40,000 bases of DNA, taken from Bacillota bacterium (lineage in GTDB: Bacteria > Bacillota > Clostridia > TANB77 > CAG-465). Location: NCBI GenBank assembly GCA_023460515.1, contig JAEWPS010000011.1, positions 8,023 to 48,022 of the forward strand, read 5' to 3'. Below, in pieces: positions 27,223-35,068 of this stretch (the first letter of the stretch is position 1; each line of letters starts with the position of its first letter). Under the pieces are notes generated by a model. The model searched no databases and was not told the origin of the DNA. It saw only the letters and a program-made list of their open reading frames with translations. The translations under genes were made by a program, and so were the position numbers.

Positions 27223-27250
27223 ATTCTACACTAAATTATAAAAAAATCAA
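27223..27250 (-). promoter_or_regulatory. Putative promoter of the 782-aa gene
   Basis: Minus strand: TTGATT (27250-27245), 16 nt, TAGAAT (27228-27223). Confidence 0.5.
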
Positions 27251-27342
27251 TACTATTTATGTAATTCACTTTCTTTATAATAACAATTCATTTAATATTT
27301 TTCTTTCTTTTAAAACTTTTTATACTTGTTTAACCTTATTGC

Positions 27343-27371
27343 TTGAATTTACAAGACATTTTTGATATAAT
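27343..27371 (+). promoter_or_regulatory. Putative promoter of tsaE-tsaB-rimI
   Basis: TTGAAT (27343-27348), 17 nt, TATAAT (27366-27371). Confidence 0.55.
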
Positions 27372-27394
27372 TAGTATATCGAACGGAGAAAAAT

Positions 27395-27859
27395 ATGGAA
27401 AAATATAATCTTGATAAATTTTTAAATGGAGAAATAAATCAAATAAATTATGTATCAAATAGTTTAGATGACACAATAAATTTTTCTTATGAATTTGCCA
27501 AATATCTAAAGAAAACAGATGTAATAGTTTTAGATGGTGAACTTGGAAGTGGGAAAACTGTTTTCATGCACGGAATTGCTAAATTTTTTGGCTTAGAAGA
27601 TGAAGTATCTAGTCCTACATTTACTATTGTAAACGAGTATACAGCTAAAAATATAAATCTTTACCATTTTGATGTATATAGAATAGATGATGAATATCAA
27701 TTTATAGATACAATAGGAACTGAATATTTTGAAAATGGAATTTGCATTATTGAATGGGGAAATATAATAAAAAATATATTGCCTAAAAATACAATATATA
27801 TAGAAATAGTTAAAATAGATGACACATCAAGAAACATACTAATAAGGAGGAATATATGA
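27395..27859 (+). CDS. tsaE: tRNA t6A37 biosynthesis ATPase TsaE (YjeE)
   Basis: LDGELGSGKTVF P-loop, SPTFTIVNEY and HFDVYRI motifs. The stop overlaps the tsaB start. Confidence 0.9.
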   Translation: MEKYNLDKFLNGEINQINYVSNSLDDTINFSYEFAKYLKKTDVIVLDGELGSGKTVFMHGIAKFFGLEDEVSSPTFTIVNEYTAKNINLYHFDVYRIDDEYQFIDTIGTEYFENGICIIEWGNIIKNILPKNTIYIEIVKIDDTSRNILIRRNI

Positions 27860-28590
27860 ATATTTTAGGAATAGATACAACATCTAAAAACGCTAGTGTT
27901 GTAGTCAAATATCTAGGCAATACACATATAAATAATGATGTAAATAATATTACCCATTCCGAAAAATTGCTTCCACTTATACATAAAACACTTGAGGAAA
28001 GTAATTCAAACTTTAAAGATATAGAATTACTTGCTACAACAAACGGACCTGGATCATTTACAGGTTGTAGAATCGGCGTTGCAACTATTAAAGCATTATC
28101 TCATCCAAGAAAAATAGATATATTTGTAATATCTTCATTAGAACTTATAGCTTTTGAAGCATATTTAAGTTTAAAAGAAAACACTGAAAAATATATCTGC
28201 TCAATACTTGATGCAAGAAACAATAGAATATATTATTCCATTTATAAAATATCTTTTGAGAATGAAAAGTTTAACATTGAAAATGTATATGAAATTTCTA
28301 ATGATGATTTATTTATTGCTTTAAATAATATATCTAGCTTCAATTCATGCTTATTTGCAGGTGATTGTACAAATAAATTTAATGAGGATATATTAAATTA
28401 TGCTAAAAATAAAAATTTGAATTATACTTGTTTAGATTATGAATTAAATCCAGAAGCAAAATATTTAATTGACTATTATGAAAACGTAACAGATGCTATA
28501 ATATCTAAAAAAATGTATAACACATATAATTTAGATGTAGTATATGCTAGGGTATCTCAAGCTGAAAGGATACAAAATGAGCAGCAATAA
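27856..28590 (+). CDS. tsaB: tRNA t6A37 biosynthesis protein TsaB (YeaZ)
   Basis: MNILGIDTTS... and TNGPGSFTGCRIGVATIKAL. Confidence 0.88.
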   Translation: MNILGIDTTSKNASVVVKYLGNTHINNDVNNITHSEKLLPLIHKTLEESNSNFKDIELLATTNGPGSFTGCRIGVATIKALSHPRKIDIFVISSLELIAFEAYLSLKENTEKYICSILDARNNRIYYSIYKISFENEKFNIENVYEISNDDLFIALNNISSFNSCLFAGDCTNKFNEDILNYAKNKNLNYTCLDYELNPEAKYLIDYYENVTDAIISKKMYNTYNLDVVYARVSQAERIQNEQQ

Positions 28591-29026
28591 TTTTAATATA
28601 TATAAAATGGAATTTAACGAAATTGATGAAGTAATTAACTTACAAATAGCTAACAATAAAAATATATTATCTAAAACTTCCGTTATAGAAGATTTTAATA
28701 ATAATACTACTATTTATTTTGTTTATAAATTAAATAATAAAATTATTGGTTATATTGCAGCCTCATTATTATATGATCATGTTGATATATTAAGTGTTTT
28801 GGTTGATGAAGGCTCAACTAGAAATGGTATTGCTTCTACTTTACTTTATACACTTTTAGATGAAGTTAAAAAACTTCAAATATCTGATGTTTTTTTAGAA
28901 GTTAGGGTAACAAATATACCCGCTCAAAAATTATACGAAAAATTTGGATTTGAAAAAATAAATATACGAAAAAAATACTATACAGATAATCAAGAAGATG
29001 CTTTAATTTACAAATTATCTATTTAA
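28577..29026 (+). CDS. rimI: Ribosomal-protein-alanine N-acetyltransferase RimI (GNAT)
   Basis: GNAT acetyl-CoA motif (VDEGSTRNGIASTLL...LEVRVTNIPAQKLYEKFGF). Start chosen at ATG 28577 (GAAAGGA upstream); 28544 and 28607 are alternatives. No tsaD follows. Confidence 0.78.
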   Translation: MSSNNFNIYKMEFNEIDEVINLQIANNKNILSKTSVIEDFNNNTTIYFVYKLNNKIIGYIAASLLYDHVDILSVLVDEGSTRNGIASTLLYTLLDEVKKLQISDVFLEVRVTNIPAQKLYEKFGFEKINIRKKYYTDNQEDALIYKLSI

Positions 29027-29063
29027 TTATATATAATATAATAAATTGAATAAGTAAAAACAA

Positions 29064-29098
29064 AAAGGACTTAGATAAACAAATATCTAGGTCCTTTT
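29064..29098. terminator. Bidirectional terminator between convergent rimI and the 142-aa gene
   Basis: AAAAGGACTTAGATA pairs with TATCTAGGTCCTTTT, with A/T runs on both sides. Confidence 0.7.
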
Positions 29099-29117
29099 AA
29101 TACATTAATTACTTAAT

Positions 29118-29546
29118 TTATTGTGCTTTTTCAACTTTTACTTCATATGAATAAGATTTAGAAAAATCTCCTGTTATAGAAGACGAAAAACCTTTTTTCT
29201 CTCCAGCTGCTAAATTTTCTATTAATCCTTTAGCTGTTGATAAAGCAACCTTATCTTTATCATAGAATATTACACTAATATCTACCATAGAATAAGTAAT
29301 ACTAGAATTATTTGTTACTTGTGCAGTAACATTAGTCATAGTACCATCACTTGTAATGCTAACTTCTGAAACGTCTACATCACCTTGTTTTGATTCAGTA
29401 ATATTTTTAGCCGTTGTTCCATTTGCATTGTTATCAACATTTTGCTGACTACCATTATTGTTTTTGTTTAAATTTGTAACTACTAAAACTATTACTAATA
29501 TGGCTACTATTAATAATAATATAGGCATTATCCCTTTTGATTTCAT
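29118..29546 (-). CDS. Membrane-anchored small protein, possibly FxLYD-domain-like
   Basis: Start set at ATG 29546 (GGAGGA 8 nt upstream), giving MKSKGIMPILLLIVAILVIVLVV. The C-terminal beta-rich part contains VIFYDKDKV...LAAGEKKGF, reminiscent of the FxLYD family (from memory). Confidence 0.6.
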   Translation of the reverse strand: MKSKGIMPILLLIVAILVIVLVVTNLNKNNNGSQQNVDNNANGTTAKNITESKQGDVDVSEVSITSDGTMTNVTAQVTNNSSITYSMVDISVIFYDKDKVALSTAKGLIENLAAGEKKGFSSSITGDFSKSYSYEVKVEKAQ

Positions 29547-29798
29547 CCTTGTAATCCTCCCCTCAAAACTTATAATATATAAGTACATTTTTAATTTTAG
29601 CATATTTTTATAAATTATGCAAGTAATAATTAATTACTTTTTTATTTTTTTATTTTATGTTATAAATTTGTAATTTTATAGTAACAAAAAATAGCAAAAA
29701 TATAATTTTTACTGTTTTTTTATGTTTTTCAACATTTAACTTGAAAAAAAAATAATTATATAATAAAATATACTTATATTATATTTATGGAGGTAAAT

Positions 29799-32210
29799 AT
29801 GAAAAATACAAAAGAATTAACCGTAAATGAACTAACAAGTAAAGTAAATTTCCAAATGGATTTTAAAAGTACAAAAGATTTAGAACCATTTTGTGGAATT
29901 ATTGGTCAAGAGCGTGCTTTAAAATCAATAACATCCGCAATGAAAATAAAAAATACAGGATTTAATCTATATGTTTGTGGTAGTCTAGGAATAGGAAAAA
30001 CATCTTATGTTTTGTCTGTAATCAATAAATTAGCAGAACAAGAACCAGTTCCAAATGATTATTGCTATATACATAATTTTGAAAAACCTAGTGAACCATT
30101 ATATATATCATTAGAACCAGGAATGGGTTATGAACTTAAAACTGATATGAATCAATTCATAACTAAACTTCTTATTACTTTTGCAAATAAATTATCTGGT
30201 GATTCTTATGAAAAAGAGAAAAAAGATATATTAAATAGATTTGATAAAATGAAGAAAAAAATATTAGATGATTTTGATAAATTTACTTTCAGTGAAGGAT
30301 TTAAAATAAAATATGACAAAGATGGTATCTCCTTCTCTCCAGTATTTAAAGGTAATGTAATTGACGAGAAAGAATTTAATAATTTAGATGAAATTGATAA
30401 GAAATATTTTAAAGAAAAAAGTCCAGATATTCAACAAGAAACTATGAAAATCTTAAAAGAATTAGATGAATTAGATACCAAAGCTGAAATCAGCATAAAA
30501 GAATGGGAAACTAATTTAGCTACATTCCTTTCTACACAATGTATAAAAGATTTAAAGGTTAAATATAAAAACAATTTAAAATTACAAAATTTCTTCTATT
30601 CTATACAAAGTGATATTGTTAATAACTTAGAATTTTTCAAACAATATCATTTGTATGTGAAAAACAATAACTCTATGGCAAATAAGCAATTAGATGGAAA
30701 TAAACAAGTAAATAAAATTAATTTTCCTTTCGATAATTATAGAATAAATGTAATAATAGACAATGATTCTTTATCCACTGCTCCTGTAGTTTTATGTAAG
30801 AATCCTAATTATTATGATTTATTTGGTAAATTGGAATTTGAAAATACTAATCAAGGTGTTAAAACTGACTATTCAATGTTAAAACCTGGTTTAATACATA
30901 AAGCCAATGGTGGTTATATAATAATAAATGTTAAAGATATACTTAACTCAGTTCCAACATGGGAAGCTTTAAAAAGAACTATTCGTAACTCAGAAATTGC
31001 TATTGATAGTTCAAGAGATATAAATCAACCTGTTACTATAACTACACTAAAACCTGAACCTATCCCAATAAATATAGAATTTATACTTATTGGTAGTGAA
31101 ATGAATTATGTACAACTTAGTAAATTAGATCCAGATTTTAAGAAACTATTTAAAATAAAAGCAGAATTCGAAGATACATTTGAAAAAAGTGAAGATAATA
31201 TTAATAAGCTCGCTAGATATATTGCGTTTATTTGTAAATCATATAACCTATTACCTTTCAATCATGATGCTGTATTAAAAGTAATTGATTACAGTTCAAA
31301 ATTAGCTGGTGATCAAAACAAATTAACTAGTAATTTATTAGATATCTTAGATTTATTAATTGAAACTAATTATAATGCTACAGAAAATGGTAAAAGAATA
31401 ATTACACATAAAGAAGTTATCGCTGCAATTAAAGATAAGAAAAATAGATATTCACTTTATGATGACAACTTAAGTGCACTAATTTCTGAAGGAAGTGTTA
31501 TTATTTCAACTGATGGTGCAAAAGTTGGACAAATAAATGGTTTAACTATTGTAAATACTGGAGATTTTATGTTCGGAAAACCAGTTAGAATAACAGCCAA
31601 TACATTTGTTGGTGATAGTGGTATAGTAAATATAGAAAGGGAAGTTTTAATGAGTGGAACAACTCATTCAAAAGGTGTATATATTTTATCTGCATATATT
31701 GGAGAAAAGTATGCACAAGATTTCCCACTATCTCTTACTGCAAGTATTTGTTTTGAACAATTATATAACGGTGTTGATGGTGATAGTGCTTCTTCTACTG
31801 AACTTTATGCTATACTTTCAAGTTTATCATCAGTACCTATAAAACAAAACTTTGCTGTTACTGGATCTGTTAATCAAAAAGGTGAAATACAACCTATTGG
31901 TGGAGTTAGCGAAAAAATTGATGGCTTCTTCAATGTTTGTAAAGATAGAGGTTTAGATGGAAGTCATTCTGTACTTATCCCTTACCAAAATGTTAGAAAC
32001 TTAAGCTTAAGTGATGAAATATTAAAAGCTATTGAAGATGGTAAATTCCATATCTACCCTATTTCAAATATAGACGAAGGTATTGAATTACTTACAGGTG
32101 TAAAATTTGGAAAACTATTAAGTGACGGAAGTTATGAAAAAGGAAGTATAAATTATTTAGTTTATAATAAATTAAAAAAATATGCTGAAAATAGTAAAGT
32201 CTCTAAATAA
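29799..32210 (+). CDS. Lon-related protease (AAA-like N-terminal region with long helical insertion plus S16 Lon protease domain)
   Basis: Walker A GSLGIGKTS, then a long K/E-rich insertion. The Lon proteolytic domain has DGDSASSTELYAILSSL (catalytic Ser context) and GGVSEKIDGFF. Start set at ATG 29799 after GGAGG. Confidence 0.85.
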   Translation: MKNTKELTVNELTSKVNFQMDFKSTKDLEPFCGIIGQERALKSITSAMKIKNTGFNLYVCGSLGIGKTSYVLSVINKLAEQEPVPNDYCYIHNFEKPSEPLYISLEPGMGYELKTDMNQFITKLLITFANKLSGDSYEKEKKDILNRFDKMKKKILDDFDKFTFSEGFKIKYDKDGISFSPVFKGNVIDEKEFNNLDEIDKKYFKEKSPDIQQETMKILKELDELDTKAEISIKEWETNLATFLSTQCIKDLKVKYKNNLKLQNFFYSIQSDIVNNLEFFKQYHLYVKNNNSMANKQLDGNKQVNKINFPFDNYRINVIIDNDSLSTAPVVLCKNPNYYDLFGKLEFENTNQGVKTDYSMLKPGLIHKANGGYIIINVKDILNSVPTWEALKRTIRNSEIAIDSSRDINQPVTITTLKPEPIPINIEFILIGSEMNYVQLSKLDPDFKKLFKIKAEFEDTFEKSEDNINKLARYIAFICKSYNLLPFNHDAVLKVIDYSSKLAGDQNKLTSNLLDILDLLIETNYNATENGKRIITHKEVIAAIKDKKNRYSLYDDNLSALISEGSVIISTDGAKVGQINGLTIVNTGDFMFGKPVRITANTFVGDSGIVNIEREVLMSGTTHSKGVYILSAYIGEKYAQDFPLSLTASICFEQLYNGVDGDSASSTELYAILSSLSSVPIKQNFAVTGSVNQKGEIQPIGGVSEKIDGFFNVCKDRGLDGSHSVLIPYQNVRNLSLSDEILKAIEDGKFHIYPISNIDEGIELLTGVKFGKLLSDGSYEKGSINYLVYNKLKKYAENSKVSK

Positions 32211-32235
32211 TGACCTAGTAAAATAATAAACAAAA

Positions 32236-32266
32236 AACAAGAAAACTTAAATCAAGTTTTCTTGTT
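32236..32266. terminator. Bidirectional terminator shared by the Lon-related gene and the GGDEF gene
   Basis: AACAAGAAAACTT pairs with AAGTTTTCTTGTT, with A/T runs on both sides. It overlaps the last codons of the GGDEF gene. Confidence 0.7.
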
Positions 32267-32923
32267 TTTATACATTCTAGAGTCTGCTTTTTTTAGAAGT
32301 TCGTCTGCTGTTGATACAAAATCATTTTCTACAACTCCCATTGCAAATGATATCTTTGCAGAATTATGAAGAGTTACTTTTACATCTTCCTCGGTAGTAT
32401 TCCAAATACTTTGAATAGCACTTTCAACATTACTTTGTCTGTTTATAATGATAACAAATTCATCTCCGCCAATCCGGTACCCAGTAATTTTTTCGCATTT
32501 TAGTGAACAAATTCTTTTTGAAAATTCCCTTAAAAGATTATCACCTGCCCTATGCCCATAATTATCATTGATATGCTTGAAGTCATTGAAATCTATGTAG
32601 CAAACTGTAAATAACACCTTTTTGTTTATTAATTCATTCAAATCGACAAATAATTTCCTTCTACTACAAAGACCCGTCATATAATCATAATTAACTTCCT
32701 TGTTGAAAAGAGAAACTATTAATCTAAATGCTGCAATGAATGAAATAACTAGAAGAACCATTTTTAGTAGCATTGGTGCACAAACACACGCGAAATCCTT
32801 TGTTATTCTACTCAACATACTTAATTCATAAATGTTGATAAGGATAACAAAAATCATTGATACTGAAAAAATAGCAGTAATTAGCCGTAAGACTTTTTTC
32901 TTGTTATCGCACATCTTCATCAT
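32252..32923 (-). CDS. Membrane-bound diguanylate cyclase (GGDEF domain)
   Basis: Two N-terminal TM helices and GGDEF-domain motifs (FVDLNELI...DFNDFKHINDNYGH.AGD...GYRIGGDEFVII). No RxxD I-site 5 residues before GGDEF. The start may be the third ATG (32914), which is 9 nt after AGGAGG. Confidence 0.88.
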   Translation of the reverse strand: MMKMCDNKKKVLRLITAIFSVSMIFVILINIYELSMLSRITKDFACVCAPMLLKMVLLVISFIAAFRLIVSLFNKEVNYDYMTGLCSRRKLFVDLNELINKKVLFTVCYIDFNDFKHINDNYGHRAGDNLLREFSKRICSLKCEKITGYRIGGDEFVIIINRQSNVESAIQSIWNTTEEDVKVTLHNSAKISFAMGVVENDFVSTADELLKKADSRMYKNKKT

Positions 32924-32986
32924 CCTCCTATATTAATAGTTTTTTGATACAACATTTAATTAAATATTGATTTTATAATTTGGTAA

Positions 32987-33014
32987 TGGTAGTACCCACA
33001 GGATTTGAACCTGT
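32987..33014 (-). pseudogene. tRNA 3' fragment / tRNA-like element (T-arm, 3' acceptor strand, encoded CCA)
   Basis: Minus strand reads ACAGG-TTCAAAT-CCTGT GGGTACT A CCA. That is a canonical T stem-loop, a 7-nt acceptor strand, a discriminator and CCA. No matching 5' acceptor strand (AGTACCC) or D-arm lies upstream. Confidence 0.6.
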
Positions 33015-33124
33015 AAAATATTTTAAAATATGCCTATCCAATAGGCAAAAGCACTATATTTAATAATATTATATTATTTCCAAAAAAATACATTACAAGT
33101 TTTTACATTTTATGTATTTTTTTT

Positions 33125-33153
33125 ATTATATCATAGCATATGTAGAGTGTCAA
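33125..33153 (-). promoter_or_regulatory. Consensus sigma-A promoter reading toward the tRNA-like element and the GGDEF gene
   Basis: Minus strand: TTGACA (33153-33148), 17 nt, TATAAT (33130-33125). Confidence 0.5.
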
Positions 33154-33191
33154 TATATTTTTATTTTTTTTTGCTTTATCGACCTAATAAG

Positions 33192-33235
33192 ACAAAATAA
33201 AAGAATGAAATACTCCTAAAACGTATTTCATTCTT
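33192..33235 (-). terminator. Rho-independent terminator after carD
   Basis: 13-bp stem AAGAATGAAATAC (33201-33213) / GTATTTCATTCTT (33223-33235), followed by TTATTTTG on the minus strand. Confidence 0.78.
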
Positions 33236-33239
33236 AATT

Positions 33240-33755
33240 TTATAAATTAGATTCTGTCCATTTATCAAAAGAACATTTCACAATCGATTCTATTTTTCCA
33301 TCTAAAACCTCATGACTTTCTTCTTCTGATAGTACAAGTTCACTTAAAAGTATATTTTTAGATGTTGTAAGCATCTTTTTTTCTCCTAAAGATAAACCTT
33401 TCTCCATATGTCTATGAGACAATTCTTTGAAAACTTCAGTTACTTCTTTTAGAGACCCGGATTTTATTTTGTCTATATTTGCACTATATCTTTTGTTCCA
33501 ATTAGAATCACATGAAAGTTCTTCCATTGGCCTTTCTAACATTGAATAAACTTTATTAGCTTCTTCCTTATTAGCAATATCTCGTACTCCAATATTTTTA
33601 GCTTTTTTAGTAGGAACCATAACTTTAACGCCGTCTATTGGCATTTTTATTATATAATAATCTTCAGTTTGTCCAAGCACTTCTTTTTCCTCTATTGCTT
33701 CTATTGTTCCAGCGCCATGCATTGGATATACAACCTTGTCACCTATATTAAACAT
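33240..33755 (-). CDS. carD: CarD family transcriptional regulator (RNAP-binding, CdnL/TRCF-RID type)
   Basis: MFNIGDKVVYPMHGAGTIEAIEEKEVLG..EDYYIIKMP matches the CarD_CdnL_TRCF N-domain. Start set at ATG 33755 (AGGGAGGA upstream); the ORF-track extension is unlikely. Confidence 0.88.
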   Translation of the reverse strand: MFNIGDKVVYPMHGAGTIEAIEEKEVLGQTEDYYIIKMPIDGVKVMVPTKKAKNIGVRDIANKEEANKVYSMLERPMEELSCDSNWNKRYSANIDKIKSGSLKEVTEVFKELSHRHMEKGLSLGEKKMLTTSKNILLSELVLSEEESHEVLDGKIESIVKCSFDKWTESNL

Positions 33756-33864
33756 ATTAGTGTCCTCCCTCTCTATGAATATTATAACCACATATATATT
33801 ATACCACATTTTGGTCCAAAAGTAAAGGAAAAACCGTTATTACTCGGTTTAAAAATGAAATAAA

Positions 33865-34935
33865 CTATATATTATAGCCTTTTAGAATATATTGTTCTTG
33901 TAGTCTTTTTAAAGATTGATATATCATTTTTGCTCTTATTTCACCTATTCCATCTACGTCATCTAATTCATCTATTGTAGCTGAACATACTCCTTGTAAA
34001 TTTAAGAATGTATTAACTAATTTTTCTATTATACTAGATGGCATCTTAGGTACTTTAGAAAGTATTCTATACCCCTTTGGAGATACATTTAAATCTAGTA
34101 TATCTACTCCTATATCATATCCCAATATTTTTATTATTTTTTCTAAATTAACCAATTCTTTTTTATCTATTTTTCTTATTTCTTTTAGTAAAGACTCTGG
34201 GTTTCGAAGACTTCTTTTTTTAACATACATATAGTCTTGTATTATCTTTTTCTCTTCTTGCTCAACATTAGCTATTAATTCTTCAAGCTGCATATTAACA
34301 AGTCTACCCTCATCACCAAGTTCAACAATATTTCTAGTAACTTCTGTTTCCATCCTCATAATTATTTCACTGCGATAAATTGTGTTTGCCACTGTTTCAA
34401 GTGATACTATATCATCAAATTCATGTTCACTTAATATATTTAGCATATTATCAAAAACAGCTTTATATTTTTCTAAAGCTTCTAAAGTTTGATTTGCTCT
34501 CATTATTACAGATGAGGTGTCATTTATAACATATCTTATATCACCTTTAAATATTGTTATTATACCTCTTCTTTCAGATATACATATAACAAGTTCATTA
34601 GTTTGTTTGGCAACTCTTTCTGCTGTTCTATGTCTTGTACCAGTTTCTTTGGTTTTTATTTTATGATCAGGAACAAGTTGTACATTCGCTTTTAATATTT
34701 TTTTACAATCACGTGTTATAATTATAGCTCCATCCATTTTAGCAAGTTCATATATATTTGATGGATTAAACTCTTCATTAATTGCAAACCCACCATCTGC
34801 TATTTTTGAAACTTCTTCGCTTTCACTCATAACAATAAGTGCACCCGTTTTAGCTTTAAGAATATTATCTAGTCCATTTCTAAGCATTGTACCTGGAGCT
34901 AATATTCTAAGTATATCTAACATTTCTTCTGACAT
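33865..34935 (-). CDS. disA: DNA integrity scanning protein DisA (diadenylate cyclase)
   Basis: DAC domain motifs (LAPGT.LR.G...I..A.TGALIV, DGAIII, GTRHRTAERVAKQT) and a C-terminal HhH (IDELDDVDGIGEIRAKMI). Start set at ATG 34935; the track start is a GTG 9 nt upstream. Confidence 0.92.
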   Translation of the reverse strand: MSEEMLDILRILAPGTMLRNGLDNILKAKTGALIVMSESEEVSKIADGGFAINEEFNPSNIYELAKMDGAIIITRDCKKILKANVQLVPDHKIKTKETGTRHRTAERVAKQTNELVICISERRGIITIFKGDIRYVINDTSSVIMRANQTLEALEKYKAVFDNMLNILSEHEFDDIVSLETVANTIYRSEIIMRMETEVTRNIVELGDEGRLVNMQLEELIANVEQEEKKIIQDYMYVKKRSLRNPESLLKEIRKIDKKELVNLEKIIKILGYDIGVDILDLNVSPKGYRILSKVPKMPSSIIEKLVNTFLNLQGVCSATIDELDDVDGIGEIRAKMIYQSLKRLQEQYILKGYNI

Positions 34936-34945
34936 AATTTTCACC

Positions 34946-35068
34946 TTACCCTATTACTATATTTATTACTTCTTCTATACTATTTACACCCACTAATTCT
35001 ATTTTATAATCTGACTTTTTTAATTTTTCAAATTGTTTTTTACTACCAAATACTTTTTTATATCCGAA
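34946..35068 (-). pseudogene. radA: Out-of-frame 3' end of radA (conserved last 40 codons in the +1 frame)
   Basis: Own translation of this frame: FGYKKVFGSKKQFEKLKKSDYKIELVGVNSIEEVINIVIG*. It is collinear with the canonical RadA C-terminus after KLGF. Its stop sits in the disA RBS region, as expected for a radA-disA operon. Confidence 0.75.

Noticed and set aside
29799-32210. Lon-like protease as BrxL of a BREX defence system
   Set aside because: No PglX methyltransferase, PglZ, BrxA/B/C or other defence genes are nearby. The gene is a stand-alone unit with its own promoter and terminator.
29118-33014. Integrated mobile element or genomic island bounded by the tRNA 3' fragment (FxLYD-like, Lon-related, GGDEF genes)
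   Set aside because: There is no integrase, recombinase or excisionase, and I could not find a second copy of the 28-nt tRNA segment by eye. The genes on the side where the intact tRNA should lie are core genes (carD, disA, radA). The tmRNA 3' end does not match the fragment.
32252-34935. GGDEF cyclase plus DisA as a linked cyclic-dinucleotide signalling module
   Set aside because: They are separate transcription units (terminator at 33192-33235 and promoter at 33125-33153 lie between them). disA sits in its universally conserved radA-disA context, so the proximity looks coincidental.
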